Notes: generated by a model from the sequence alone, not told the origin. Shown: positions 39,418 through 50,011, counted from the first letter of the stretch. The stretch: DNA of 64,000 nucleotides from an uncultured Methanoregulaceae archaeon (GCA_963717525.1 OY970343.1:1504001-1568000), one strand, 5' to 3'. Made by a program: numbers and translations.

Positions 39418-40459
39418 TCATCTTAATTTAACAAACTTCATAATTAAATCATTTGGAGAGTTCAAAGCGAGATTAATGTCATAGTTCATTGAAAAATCTG
39501 AAAAAAAGAAAAGCATTTCACGAATATTATATGAAAATAAGTTTGTTAATAAATATTTTTCAATTTGTGAGGAAAAAGTGTTTAAAATCTTATCCGGTTT
39601 GATCCTTTGCTCAAATACTTCACTTTTCAAAGAAGATAGCCATTTTATTTTTCTTCTCAAAATTTTTTTTGCTTGTTCTATGGCAAAAATATCGACTAAT
39701 AGCATCCACAAAACGAATTGACCGATTATAAAAACTATAGATATTGGATCGTTCATCGAATTCATTAAATTTTGATTTATTTGATTTGCAAATAGAAAAA
39801 CGATTAGGCAGAATGGAAGAATATAAACCTGAATTTTTAACCCACTTTTTAGAATTTTATCGACTAAATAGTCAAAAAAATTTTTCAATCTAGAAGGATT
39901 ATTTTGATATTTTATGCAAAATTTGATAATATGAAAATCTGGGAAAATTAATTCACCCAAAATTAACACTGAAGCTAAAAAAAGGATCACTGTTAACAAA
40001 ATACTAGTTCGATTTACAAGAATGGTTGGATCCAATTGATAGAAATAATAGCTCAAAACTAAAAAATAAACAAATATTATAATTAAAAGAGATACCAAAA
40101 AAGGCTTAATTAAAGAGAATTTGCTTTTTAAATCCAATAAATACAATATTTTTGTTTTTTCTGGATCTTTTGCGGACTTCACTGTTTGACTAGATTTTTG
40201 AGAGGATTGACTTGATTCAAAATCATAATATTTTGTCGAAATTTCGTTCATTGACCAAGTGATAATAACAATTAGACTAATGGGAATCCAAGCAGGGAAT
40301 TGTTTCCCTAAATCGGAATTGTATCCAGAGAAAATCGAAGACTACAATGGTAATTAACAAGCCTGTTTTATCTGCTGTTATTGAAGAAAGTTCGGAAAAT
40401 AAAATTTCGATATCAGTTTCGATGATCTGTTGAAAATCGGAAAGCGGCAAATTTTCCAT
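39418..40459 (-). CDS. AT-rich multi-pass membrane protein; apparent +1 frameshift near 40338
   Basis: ORFs 40277-40459 and 39418-40251 join by removing one base (LLITIVV/SIFSGYNSDLGKQFPAWIPISLIVIITWSMNE); sequence visibly much more AT-rich than its flanks. Confidence 0.7.
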
Positions 40460-40839
40460 TAATAGTTTATCCTTTTTCTGAAACGATATGTGTTTTCCTT
40501 CATTAAATAAGAAAGAGAGTCAGCCATAATTTTCATATATTTGATATAAAAACCGCAACCCGCGCGCGAGCCAAGCGAGCCCATGAGCCAGAACAGTGAT
40601 ATCAGAAAAGATGCCGCATGTGATGGGTGGCATTTTGGCAGATACCTATAACCTACCGTAACAATGCGAGCACCCAAATTCGAACCAAAAATAAACTAAT
40701 TTTATTAAAATTTTCAAAATATTTCGCGCTCCCCCTCCCATCCAACACCCCGGTCACCTCCATCCGGCCCCATCCCGGCCCCCGATTCCCCGGATAACTA
40801 CCAAATTTTTCGAATCTACCACAGAGCATTTAACCCGCC

Positions 40840-40857
40840 TTATCCTTGTAAGGATAA
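40840..40857. promoter_or_regulatory. Perfect palindrome TTATCCTT-GT-AAGGATAA
   Basis: Lies between a TTTAAC box (about 40829) and ATG 40863. Confidence 0.55.
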
Positions 40858-41308
40858 TCAAAATGGCCCTGGATTTCTGCACACGTCTCACGAGGAAGGT
40901 CGCGAAGGCCGGGTACCAAAAGAAGGTCGCCCGCCGCATCGCGAGGTTCTGCTACCTCTCCATGACGCTCGTGTGCGGGCTCTTCGGGCTCTTTGAGAAA
41001 GTGAAAGCACCGATCTATCTGACTACCTGTTCCGGGATGCATGCTGCGGGTGCCCGGGCCGGTAACGTATCGCCCGCCTTTTCTGTAATACGCCGTTGAC
41101 CGCCGGTCCGGTCGTTGCTGGATAAGTACCAGTGAGAGGTTGTGCGGAGCTGATCGCAGAGCGCTTCGCAGAACGGGGTGATGGCTTTGGCAGGGGCCGG
41201 GGCTATCGTTCCCTTTACCGGGCCGGCGTTTTTGACATTTTCGGACGAGCGGACGCACTCGTCCCTGCACCGCTGTAAGAATACCAATAATCAAAGGGAG
41301 TGATTCAC

Positions 41309-41842
41309 ATGACAGATACCAGTATCAAGGGACAGGACGTGAACGCGCCGGGTGGGATCGCATCCGGTGCCCTGTACAGCAACCGGATTAACCCCTGCGG
41401 AGCCGTGATCGCCACGGGCGTTCCGTCCGCAGGTGAGACAACCGTTATCCCCCGGGCCGGGGAAGGAGGTGAGATCACTGTCGGTCCGCTGGTCTATACC
41501 CGGTGCAACGCGATCATCTTCGATGCAATCCGCATCCTCGAATGCCTCGGGTACCTGCCGGTGCTCGTGCGCAAATCAAAAATCCCCCTCGACATCGTCG
41601 GCATCCGGGGGGACGGGGCGCTCATCATCGAGGTCGTCCGTTCCCGCCGGCCGCTACCGGATGCCCGCACGGTCTGCATGTTCTGCAGGACAGAGATCGA
41701 TTACCTCCGCGACATGAACCCCCCGTCGCAGTTCCGGAAGATGATCTGGGTGTATTCCCCCCGGTGCCGGTGGAGGTTCTACGATGTCTTCCCCGGCGGT
41801 ATCTGGCTCGCACATGACCTGATGGAGCGGGACCGGAAATAA
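41309..41842 (+). CDS. Hjc-like PD-(D/E)XK fold protein with atypical active site
   Basis: AIRILECLGY.PV...KIPLDIVGIRGDGALIIEVVRS; GGAGTGA RBS; T-tract after the stop. Confidence 0.65.
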   Translation: MTDTSIKGQDVNAPGGIASGALYSNRINPCGAVIATGVPSAGETTVIPRAGEGGEITVGPLVYTRCNAIIFDAIRILECLGYLPVLVRKSKIPLDIVGIRGDGALIIEVVRSRRPLPDARTVCMFCRTEIDYLRDMNPPSQFRKMIWVYSPRCRWRFYDVFPGGIWLAHDLMERDRK

Positions 41843-42006
41843 TCTTTTTTTTGCGGAGAACGTCAGATTTTTTTAATAATGTACGGCAATCACTGGTCAG
41901 ATTTTCACATATCCGAAGGTTTTTACAGGCTCGTACAGCGATACAGGGATAGTTTAAGAAGGAAAAAAACTAACCGGAATCAGCCAAAGATTAACGAGGT
42001 AACTGA

Positions 42007-42144
42007 ATGCCAACGAGTAAGAAACAACTGACGAAGCTGAACCAGGTGAAGAAGGCCAAGGCAGAAGAGCTCTCGAAGCAGGCGGCTGCGGGGAGCAAAG
42101 ACGCGAAGAAGAAGCTCAAGAAACTCGAGAAAAAGATCAAGTGA
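42007..42144 (+). CDS. 45-aa highly basic peptide, absent from the ORF track
   Basis: TTTAAG box, GAGGT RBS, MPTSKKQLTKLNQVKKAKAEELSKQAAAGSKDAKKKLKKLEKKIK*, then T-rich terminator. Confidence 0.8.
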   Translation: MPTSKKQLTKLNQVKKAKAEELSKQAAAGSKDAKKKLKKLEKKIK

Positions 42145-42491
42145 GCCTTCCTGGATTTCCCCCTCTTTTTATTTTCCTTTTTTAGGTCTCAGAGAAACGA
42201 TGAGCGCTCTGCACGTCGCACCATGCCCGCACATCACCGCAAAACAGGCGGACAAAATTTCTTTTAAGGCGAGGATTCTTTTTTCAGAGAAGAACGATCT
42301 GGTGAATACCTCCAATCCCAGACAGGATAGCCCCCAATCGCTCTTTTTGCACGCCAATAATCCCGGACTGGCGAACCGGGTCAGAACCTGCCCCGGACCG
42401 GCACCCCCCGCGAACCCGTAATAATCCCTCCTGCCTACAGGTAGGTGTCAACGGGCGCCCCGAGACAAAGAGAAAAAAGGAGGAATAAACA

Positions 42492-42995
42492 ATGGCAGAC
42501 TTCAGCCAGAACACCAACGTGAAGAGTGCGGGCCGCAAACTGACGGCCCCCATCGAGGACATCACCTCGTTCAACGCACTCATCCAGTCCGTCATCCTGA
42601 ACAATCCGTTCGGGTGTGTATCGTATATGAGCTCGGGCGCCAGCCACCCGCCCGTAGAAAAGATCCGTGAGTCCTACACGGCACGAATCGTGTACCAGGA
42701 CAACGACGCGAAAGTTGTCGGGAGGACCACCGAGACCTACGGCACGATCACCGGGTTCAACACCGGCATTGCCGCCGTCCTCGCAAACACCGCGAACACC
42801 ACGGCCCACGGCGGCATCCCGGCCTATATGGCGGAGGCCGACAGCTACTCCGCGACCCTCAAATGCCACGACCCCAACGGCGAGCTGTACTACATCAACT
42901 TCTCCCGGCAGCAGGTCACCCTCTCGTCCTATGAGGACGACGGCATCAGGAACTGGATCGAGACCTGGGCAGACGGCGTACCGGCACTTGGATAA
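42492..42995 (+). CDS. Hypothetical protein (MADFSQNTNVKSA...)
   Basis: Strong AGGAGG RBS, GC3-rich codon usage, clean 167-aa ORF. Confidence 0.85.
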   Translation: MADFSQNTNVKSAGRKLTAPIEDITSFNALIQSVILNNPFGCVSYMSSGASHPPVEKIRESYTARIVYQDNDAKVVGRTTETYGTITGFNTGIAAVLANTANTTAHGGIPAYMAEADSYSATLKCHDPNGELYYINFSRQQVTLSSYEDDGIRNWIETWADGVPALG

Positions 42996-43030
42996 GCCAA
43001 TCCCCGCGGGGAACCGATCAGGGGGAGATC

Positions 43031-43147
43031 ATGGACAATGAACTCATCATCATCGGGGCTTTCCTCGGCACAGGACTGCTCGCTTATGTGATCGTCCCCG
43101 GCTTGCTCGTCATGTGGGACCGGGTCCTCGACCATATGGAAGAATAA
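43031..43147 (+). CDS. 38-aa single-TM peptide, absent from the ORF track
   Basis: GGGGGAG RBS; MDNELIIIGAFLGTGLLAYVIVPGLLVMWDRVLDHMEE*. Confidence 0.65.
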   Translation: MDNELIIIGAFLGTGLLAYVIVPGLLVMWDRVLDHMEE

Positions 43148-43595
43148 GAAGACAACCGGCATCCGTGAGCGTGAAAACGATAATGGGAGGGGGCTCACTC
43201 CCCCTCCCGCCGGGTGCCGGCACAGTTTTGTCGGGTATCAGAAAAAGCAGCTAACGCGAACGATCATCCTCAGAACACCACACCCTGAGCGGTTCCCGTG
43301 AACGGATTTTCCGGAATACTGATCGGGTTCTCCCGGACCCTCCGACGGCCAGAACAAGACTGCTTGCCCCGAACACAACCTGTCTTTCATTAACGAAAGT
43401 CCAGATGCCTAAAAAAACCATTATCGGCCCTGTTTTTATAATTCGGGCTTTAAATACCCCGATTTCCAAACACAGTTTCGAAACCTTTTAATCAAGATCT
43501 CACTAATTTTACACTAACCACAAAGAGTTTAACTCGATGTGTGTGGCATTGCATTTTGAATACTCTCGTGCATTCGCACGCAGGGAGGAGGCTAA

Positions 43596-44498
43596 ATGGA
43601 ACAAATAGTATTTGGCATTGGAATTACTGCATTGGCAGGAGCTCTTGCCACCGTAGCCGGTTCCGCGGAAGATACTGAATCCAACATCGGGTCGCAGGGA
43701 GACCCCAACTCACAGGTTCAGCTCGCTCCGCAGATGGGTTTCGTGCACCGCATCTTCAATAAGGCGGTTGCCGGAGAACCCCCGGCATATGGTCTGTGGT
43801 GTGCTCTGGGCGCAGGACTTGCATGGGCCTTTTTGGCTATGCAGATCAACGCGGTTCTCGCGATTGTCCTGGGCTCCCTTCTTGCAGTCTTCGTTCAGGG
43901 CATCTATGCGACAACCGCATACCTGGGCAGGACGGCAAGTCTTTCCAAGTTCGGCCAACCGGTATACGTGGACATCTTAAAGTCCATGACAACGGTTGCC
44001 ATGGCTCACGCCTTTGTAGCAATTTTCTGTACTGTCACCATCTGTTACCTGATCAACGTCGCGCTGGGACACCCGTTCCCGCTGCCGCTGCTCGGGTTCA
44101 TCTGGGGAATTACCCTCGGTGCAGCAGGATCGGCAACAGGAAACCCGTACTACGGCAAGGAACGCCAGTACCAGAACCAGAAGTTCGGTGCCGGTGTCCC
44201 GATCTCAGCATCCGGGAACATCGTCCGGTATGCTGAAGCCGGAGAACGCAACTCGCTCGACAACGGGTACTTCACCTCAAAGTTCGGTGGTCCCGCAGCA
44301 GGTCTCTGTTTCGGACTGATCGTATTCCTCGAACTCTGGCGTACTATCGTCTTTGACCAGCTCAGCCCCGGATGGGGAGCGATCATCGTCGGTATCCTGA
44401 TCATCCTGATCTTCACCATCGTCGACCGGTACATCGAAGTCTGGGCACGCAAGAACTACGGACCCTACACGGCACCGGTAAAGGAGGCAGCACCATGA
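43596..44498 (+). CDS. mtrE: Methyl-H4MPT:CoM methyltransferase subunit E
   Basis: AEDTESNIGSQGDPNSQVQLAPQMG..HRIFNKAVAGEP, RNSLDNGYF. Confidence 0.97.
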   Translation: MEQIVFGIGITALAGALATVAGSAEDTESNIGSQGDPNSQVQLAPQMGFVHRIFNKAVAGEPPAYGLWCALGAGLAWAFLAMQINAVLAIVLGSLLAVFVQGIYATTAYLGRTASLSKFGQPVYVDILKSMTTVAMAHAFVAIFCTVTICYLINVALGHPFPLPLLGFIWGITLGAAGSATGNPYYGKERQYQNQKFGAGVPISASGNIVRYAEAGERNSLDNGYFTSKFGGPAAGLCFGLIVFLELWRTIVFDQLSPGWGAIIVGILIILIFTIVDRYIEVWARKNYGPYTAPVKEAAP

Positions 44499-45328
44499 CC
44501 GCAGTCGCAGCAAAGCCGGCCGCAGGCTCGGCAATGAATCCCACCGCAATGGTGGTCGGTGTGGTCCTGCTTCTCATCCTTCTCGGGATCGCCTACATGG
44601 TCTCTCCAAGTCTCGGCCTCATGGCCCTGATCGGTGTGGTCATCGGCGGTGTCCTGATTGGATTCGGTGTCCACTTCGTGCCGGTCGGCGGCGCACCCGC
44701 AGCCATGGGCCAGGCACCCGGTATCGCAACCGGTGTCGCCATGCTCGCAGCAGGTGCAGGACTTGCCGGACTCTTCGGCGGCGCCTGGGCAGCAGACCAG
44801 GGCTTTGTCATCGCCATTATCACCGGCGGAGTCGGCGGCGGAATGATGATGGCCATCACCTGTATGATGGTCAACTTCGTCTATGTCTTTGGCATGGGTA
44901 TCCCCGCAGCCTCAGGCAAGGTAGCAAAGGACCCGATCACCGGGGACACCCAGCCTGAATTCAAATCGCAGGGTACCGAAGGCCACGGTCTTCCGTTCGT
45001 CTCGTTTGTCGGCGGTGTCACCGGCGGTATTCTCGGAGGCGCTGGCGGAACGCTCATCTATCTCGAGCTTCTCAGCCTCTACCAGGCAACGCTCCCGACC
45101 GTCCTGAACGCATCCGCAACCCAGGTTCTCCCGATTGCAGTAGCTACCGCAGGTATCTTTGCTATCGGCATGTTCCTCGTGAACGCGGTGCTGACTGCCT
45201 ACAACATCACAGGAACAATCGAAGGCCCGCACGACCCCAAGTTCAAGCGCTGGCCACGGGCCATCGTTGCATCCGCGGTCGCATCGGCGCTCTGCGGTCT
45301 TGTGGCGATCCTGATCGTCACGATCTGA
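44495..45328 (+). CDS. mtrD: Mtr subunit D
   Basis: GVHFVPVGGAPAAM, DPITGD.Q, GTEGHGLP, YNI.GTIEG.HDPKFK. Confidence 0.97.
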   Translation: MTAVAAKPAAGSAMNPTAMVVGVVLLLILLGIAYMVSPSLGLMALIGVVIGGVLIGFGVHFVPVGGAPAAMGQAPGIATGVAMLAAGAGLAGLFGGAWAADQGFVIAIITGGVGGGMMMAITCMMVNFVYVFGMGIPAASGKVAKDPITGDTQPEFKSQGTEGHGLPFVSFVGGVTGGILGGAGGTLIYLELLSLYQATLPTVLNASATQVLPIAVATAGIFAIGMFLVNAVLTAYNITGTIEGPHDPKFKRWPRAIVASAVASALCGLVAILIVTI

Positions 45329-45337
45329 GGTGTTGAA

Positions 45338-46189
45338 ATGACCGTAAAAGTTGAAGTAATCGAAGGAGGCATCCCGCACACGAAGATCCTGATCGCAGGA
45401 CTCATCTGCACGATCGTGTGCCTGTACCTCTCCTATCTTAATGTGGCCACCGGCACCGAGATGTTCTCGTTCTTCGGAGGCCTCGCCGTAATTGCAGCCC
45501 TCATCTGGGGGAGCCACACCATCAAGGTGCTGTGCAGTTACGGTATCGGTACCGGTGTACCTTCAGCAGGTATGATCGCATTCGGCTCCGGTGTCATTGC
45601 GATGCTTCTTGCTACCAAGTTCGGCATTGCAGCACCCATCGTTGCGCTCGTCCTTGCAGCCATTATCGGGCTCGTCCTGGGGTATCTCTCAAACGATGTC
45701 CTCAACATGAAGATCCCGGTAATGATCCAGTCACTCACTGAACTCGCCGTTGTCGGGGCACTTACCCTGATGGGCTTTGCCGTCCTTATGACGGGCAGCT
45801 TCACGTTCACCGGCCTTACCACCGGGACTGTCACGCTGTTTGGCGCACTTGCCATGCCCAGCTACCAGATCTCGTTCATTGGTGGCGGGCTCACGGCCGT
45901 AGCATTCCTGCTCGGGGCAATCGCAATCCAGCACCCGTTCAACGCGTGCCTGGGACCCGGCTGGAAACAGGACCGGATGCTCATGCTCACCGCAGAGTGC
46001 GGATTCCTGAGCATGATCGTAGCAGCCATCATGTCGTTTGCCCTCATCAGCGCAGGATCGGCCATCCTCTCACTCATCATCGCCCTGATAGGCTGGGTAT
46101 ACACCTACTGTGAGTACATCAAGCTCTCGAAGCGTGATGCATTCGCGTGGCTCGACGCAAAACCGATTCCTGAAGTGGAGGGACACTAA
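45338..46189 (+). CDS. mtrC: Mtr subunit C
   Basis: SYGIGTGVPS, MKIPVM, QHPFNACLGP. Confidence 0.96.
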   Translation: MTVKVEVIEGGIPHTKILIAGLICTIVCLYLSYLNVATGTEMFSFFGGLAVIAALIWGSHTIKVLCSYGIGTGVPSAGMIAFGSGVIAMLLATKFGIAAPIVALVLAAIIGLVLGYLSNDVLNMKIPVMIQSLTELAVVGALTLMGFAVLMTGSFTFTGLTTGTVTLFGALAMPSYQISFIGGGLTAVAFLLGAIAIQHPFNACLGPGWKQDRMLMLTAECGFLSMIVAAIMSFALISAGSAILSLIIALIGWVYTYCEYIKLSKRDAFAWLDAKPIPEVEGH

Positions 46190-46190
46190 C

Positions 46191-46484
46191 ATGGCATACG
46201 TTCTGGTGCTCCCGGAGTACGGGCTCGTAGCCGATCCCCTTATCGGTATCGTCACGACTGCCGGCGAATCGCTATCCCCGGTTATTGACAGGGTTACACT
46301 CCTCGAGGCCTCGGCAGACGATCTGGTCAATATGCTTTCCGGCGAAGGAAACTATGTTGCATCGTTCCCGGGCCGCGAAAAGACCCTTACAATCGGTGGC
46401 AGCATCAATGCCTTCTGGTATGGACTTGCCATCGGACTACTCGTTGCAGGAGTCATTGCATTCCAGCTGATCAAGGTGGGCTGA
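46191..46484 (+). CDS. mtrB: Mtr subunit B
   Basis: [29 protein letters not shown] plus TM helix. Confidence 0.94.
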   Translation: MAYVLVLPEYGLVADPLIGIVTTAGESLSPVIDRVTLLEASADDLVNMLSGEGNYVASFPGREKTLTIGGSINAFWYGLAIGLLVAGVIAFQLIKVG

Positions 46485-46485
46485 T

Positions 46486-47208
46486 ATGGCAGACAAAAAA
46501 TCACCAGCAAGTGGATGGCCGCTCGTCAAGGGTGACTTCCATTCAGGAGATGCAAACAGCTGTGTTGCTGTCGTCACCTTCGGATCTCACCTCGACGAAG
46601 AAGGTATCTGTGGTGCAGGCGCTGCGATGTGCGGGTCCTGTAAGACCGAGAACCTCGGTCTCGAAAAGGTCATCGCCAATTACATCGCAAACCCCAACAT
46701 CCGGTTCATGCTCTGCTGCGGTACCGAGGTCAAAGGACACCTCGCCGGTCAGACCATGATCGCTCTCCATAAAGGCGGTGTCAAAGACGGCAGGGTCGTC
46801 GGCGCTGAAGGTGCTATTCCCTTCATTGAAAATCTCAATGATGCGGCGATCAAGCGTTTCCAGGAGCAGATCGAAGTCGTCAACATCATGGAGAGTGAGG
46901 ACCTCAACGCCATCAAGGCCAAGATGAATGAACTCAAGGCCAGAGACCCCGGCGCTTTCGCGGCTGATGCTATCGTCGTCGAAGTCAAGGAAGCTGCCGG
47001 CGGCACTGAGGAAGCAGGTGGCGAAGTTGCCCCAATCTCCGGCGAGATCGCGATCATCACTGCCCGTATGAAGGTCATCGAGAAGATGGTGACAGATATC
47101 GGATACCGCGACAAGTTTGCCGCTGGTGTCTACGCAGGGAAGATCGAGGGGCTGATGATCGGCCTGATCGTCTCCTTCGCCCTGATCGGATTCATGTGGA
47201 TGGGGTGA
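46486..47208 (+). CDS. mtrA: Mtr subunit A (corrinoid protein)
   Basis: [17 protein letters not shown]...NPNIRF, EVKGH (Co-ligand His), [21 protein letters not shown] anchor. Confidence 0.97.
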   Translation: MADKKSPASGWPLVKGDFHSGDANSCVAVVTFGSHLDEEGICGAGAAMCGSCKTENLGLEKVIANYIANPNIRFMLCCGTEVKGHLAGQTMIALHKGGVKDGRVVGAEGAIPFIENLNDAAIKRFQEQIEVVNIMESEDLNAIKAKMNELKARDPGAFAADAIVVEVKEAAGGTEEAGGEVAPISGEIAIITARMKVIEKMVTDIGYRDKFAAGVYAGKIEGLMIGLIVSFALIGFMWMG

Positions 47209-47214
47209 AGTGAG

Positions 47215-47421
47215 ATGGCAGAAGAAGAAGCAAAAGTTGCTGCAGGACCAGTCAGGTTGGTTGCAATCGACAATATGGTTGAGAACATCCGCTACAAATC
47301 ACAGATCCTTGCACGAACCAACAAGGTTGAGTCGGCCAGTTCAACAAACGGCCTCATCGCCTTTGTCGCGGGACTGCTCATAGCTGTGATCCTGATAGTG
47401 GTGCCGGCATTACTGATCTGA
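47215..47421 (+). CDS. mtrF: Mtr subunit F
   Basis: IDNMVENIRYKSQILAR..KVES plus TM helix. Confidence 0.92.
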   Translation: MAEEEAKVAAGPVRLVAIDNMVENIRYKSQILARTNKVESASSTNGLIAFVAGLLIAVILIVVPALLI

Positions 47422-47432
47422 GGTGAAGACAA

Positions 47433-48171
47433 ATGGCAGACAAAAAATCACCAGCAAGTGGATGGCCGCTCGTCAAGGGTGACTTCCATTCAGGAGATGC
47501 AAACAGTCTGTGTTGCTGTCGTCACCTTTGGATCTCACCTCGACGAAGAAGGTATCTGTGGTGCAGGCGCAGCGATGTGCGGGTCCTGTAAGACCGAGAA
47601 TCTCGGTCTCGAGAAGGTCATCGCCAATTACATCGCGAACCCCAACATCCGGTTCATGCTCTGCTGCGGTACCGAGGTCAAAGGACACCTCGCCGGTCAG
47701 ACCATGATCGCTCTCCATAAAGGCGGTGTCAAAGACGGCAGGGTCGTCGGCGCTGAAGGTGCTATCCCCTTCATTGAAAACCTCAATGATGCGGCGATCA
47801 AGCGTTTCCAGGAGCAGATCGAAGTCGTCAACATCATGGAGAGTGAGGACCTCAACACCATCAAGGCCAAGATGAATGAACTCAAGGCCAGAGACCCCGG
47901 CGCTTTCGCGGCTGATGCTATCGTCGTCGAAGTCAAGGAAGCTGCCGGCGGAGTTGAAGTCGCGACAGCAGGGGTGAACCCCCAGTTCCTCGAGATCGAG
48001 AAGAGACTCGACAAGATCGAGAAGAAAATCGAGTTCGTGGATGCTGAAGTGGCACAGCGTGTTGGGAGAAAAATCGGGAGAGATATCGGCATACTGTACG
48101 GCCTCGTTGCAGGATTAATCGTATTTGTCATGCTGCTGTTTATGCTCCAGAAATTGATGGCATTGGTGTAA
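47433..48171 (+). CDS. mtrA2-mtrG: MtrA-MtrG fusion; apparent +1 frameshift at 47507
   Basis: The first ~515 nt are near-identical to mtrA; the C-terminus [11 protein letters not shown]...[17 protein letters not shown] is MtrG. Confidence 0.95.
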
Positions 48172-48186
48172 TGGAGGTGTAAAACA

Positions 48187-49225
48187 ATGTTCAAATTCGA
48201 AAAAGAACAGAAGGTCTGGGACTTCAACGGCACTAAGATTGGTGGACAACCCGGGGAGTACCCGACCGTTCTTGCAGCCTCAATCTTCTACAACAAACAT
48301 GAGGCTGTACTGGACGACAAGACAGGAAAGATTAACAAGCCGATGGCTGAAGCACTCTGGAACCGCTGTCAGACACTCTCTGACGCGACCGGTATTCCGC
48401 ACATGATCCAGATCCTTGCTGAATATCCGGAGGCGTTCGAAAGCTGACATCAGCTGGTTCGACAGTATCGACAACAAGACTGCATTCCTGATGGATTCAT
48501 CTGTGCCAAAGGCACTTGCCCATGCATGCAAGTACGTGACTGATGTCGGGCTCGCACACCGTGCGATCTACAACTCAATCAACGGTTCTATTGCACAGGA
48601 GAACATTGATGCGTTGAAGAACAGTGATGTGGATGCTGCGATTGTCCTCGCATTTAACCCGGCAGACCCGTCAGTCGCGGGCCGTGAGAAAGTGCTTGTC
48701 GAAGGAGGCGTCGCAGGCCAGAAGATGGGCATGATCCCCATCGCAGAAGAGTGCGGAATCACCCGCCCGATCCTTGATACGGCAGCAACCCCGCTCGGTC
48801 TTGGTTCCGGTAGTGCATACCGTGAGATTCTCGCCTGTAAGGCAATCCACGGTTTCCCGACCGGTGGTGCATACCACAACATGACCGTTGCCTGGACATG
48901 GCTCCGCCGCTGGAAGGGCACCCACAAGACCCCGTCATTACTGGCAGAGGGCTACAAGGGCAACGATGTGCTGCTCGAGCAGATGTCCAAACACTACCTT
49001 GGCGGTATCGAGGGTATCAAGCAGGCCGCATGGTCAGCACCCGATATCGGCTGCAACATGATTGCAAGCACCCTCGGTGCCGACCTGATTATGTACGGTC
49101 CGATCGAGAATGTCGAAGCAATGATCACAGCACAGGCATACACGGACATCACGGTCCTCGAGGCAATGCGTCCCTTGGGTATCGATGTCAAAGCAGAAAG
49201 CCACCCCATCTTTAAACTCATCTAA
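48187..49225 (+). CDS. mtrH: Mtr subunit H; apparent +1 frameshift at 48446
   Basis: MFKFEKEQ, GGQPGEYPTVL, then AFES/YISWF, AIYNSIN, AYHN, GADLIMYGPIEN. Confidence 0.96.
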
Positions 49226-49329
49226 TTTTTTTTTTGAGCGCCCCTAGGGGTAAATTGTAAAAAAGGATTTTTCCCGTTTTTTCAGGTTTTAGTATTCCCG
49301 GATTGTTTTGTGCCCCGCCCGGTACCGCG

Positions 49330-49938
49330 TTACCTGCCAGACACGTGCCGGAGGCTCTCTTCGGCATCCGCATCACGCCCCAGCCGGCGTAGCGCCTCGG
49401 CACGGTGCTGCCAGACAAAGGAGTTGATCGGGTTGAGGCTGATCGCCAGGTCGAAGGTGGCAAGCGCATCCGTGCTGTGCCCGAGTCCCAGCAGGGCGAT
49501 CCCTTTTGCGGTCATGGCCCGGATATTATTGGAGCTCCTTTCGAGGACACGGTCAAAACAGGCGATCGCATCCTCGTACCTCCCCAGCGCATTTAATGCA
49601 TAGCCTTTGTTTGCAAGGGCGGGTATGTACTCCGGGTCATGAGCGAGGGCCTGCTCGAAACAGGTGATCGATTCCGCGTACCTGCCGATCTTGCGCAGGG
49701 CATACCCTTTCTCGTACCAGGTCGTCAGGAGATGAGGGTTTATCGCGAGCGCACGGTCGTAGCAGGCAAGGGCGTCCTCGTGCCTGCCGAGGGCATAGAA
49801 GACCTCGCCTTTCTGTTCGAGCGCTGTGGTGTTCTGTGCGTCAGCCGCAAGGATCCTGTCGTATTCAGCAAGAGCGTCGTCGTATCGTCCGACCCAGGCA
49901 AGGTGGTGCGCCACCTCAAGCATTGCTGCATTGTCCAT
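49330..49938 (-). CDS. Tetratricopeptide repeat protein
   Basis: Repeated KG..L..LGRYEDA..CFD.AL units. Confidence 0.9.
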   Translation of the reverse strand: MDNAAMLEVAHHLAWVGRYDDALAEYDRILAADAQNTTALEQKGEVFYALGRHEDALACYDRALAINPHLLTTWYEKGYALRKIGRYAESITCFEQALAHDPEYIPALANKGYALNALGRYEDAIACFDRVLERSSNNIRAMTAKGIALLGLGHSTDALATFDLAISLNPINSFVWQHRAEALRRLGRDADAEESLRHVSGR

Positions 49939-50011
49939 AGTGCATCATAGACAGAGTCCGCCCCATCCCTAATAAAATGGCCTCCCGGGAAAAATGATGG
50001 CCAAAAAGCAG

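Noticed and set aside
37800..40690. Integron attC-like sites around the low-GC genes (CGCAACC...GAGCG/GCGAGC tracts at about 37831 and 40554)
   Set aside because: No matching RYYYAAC/GTTRRRY core pair could be identified and there is no integrase in the window.
40863..41099. 78-aa ORF MALDFCTRLTRK as a confident gene
   Set aside because: No RBS or recognisable motif. It could be leaderless or part of a non-coding leader, so it is left uncalled.
48445..48447. In-frame TGA in mtrH (and in aksF and rpl19e) as selenocysteine or read-through
   Set aside because: Homology continues in a different frame, so these are frameshifts. HdrA and MvhD use ordinary Cys codons.
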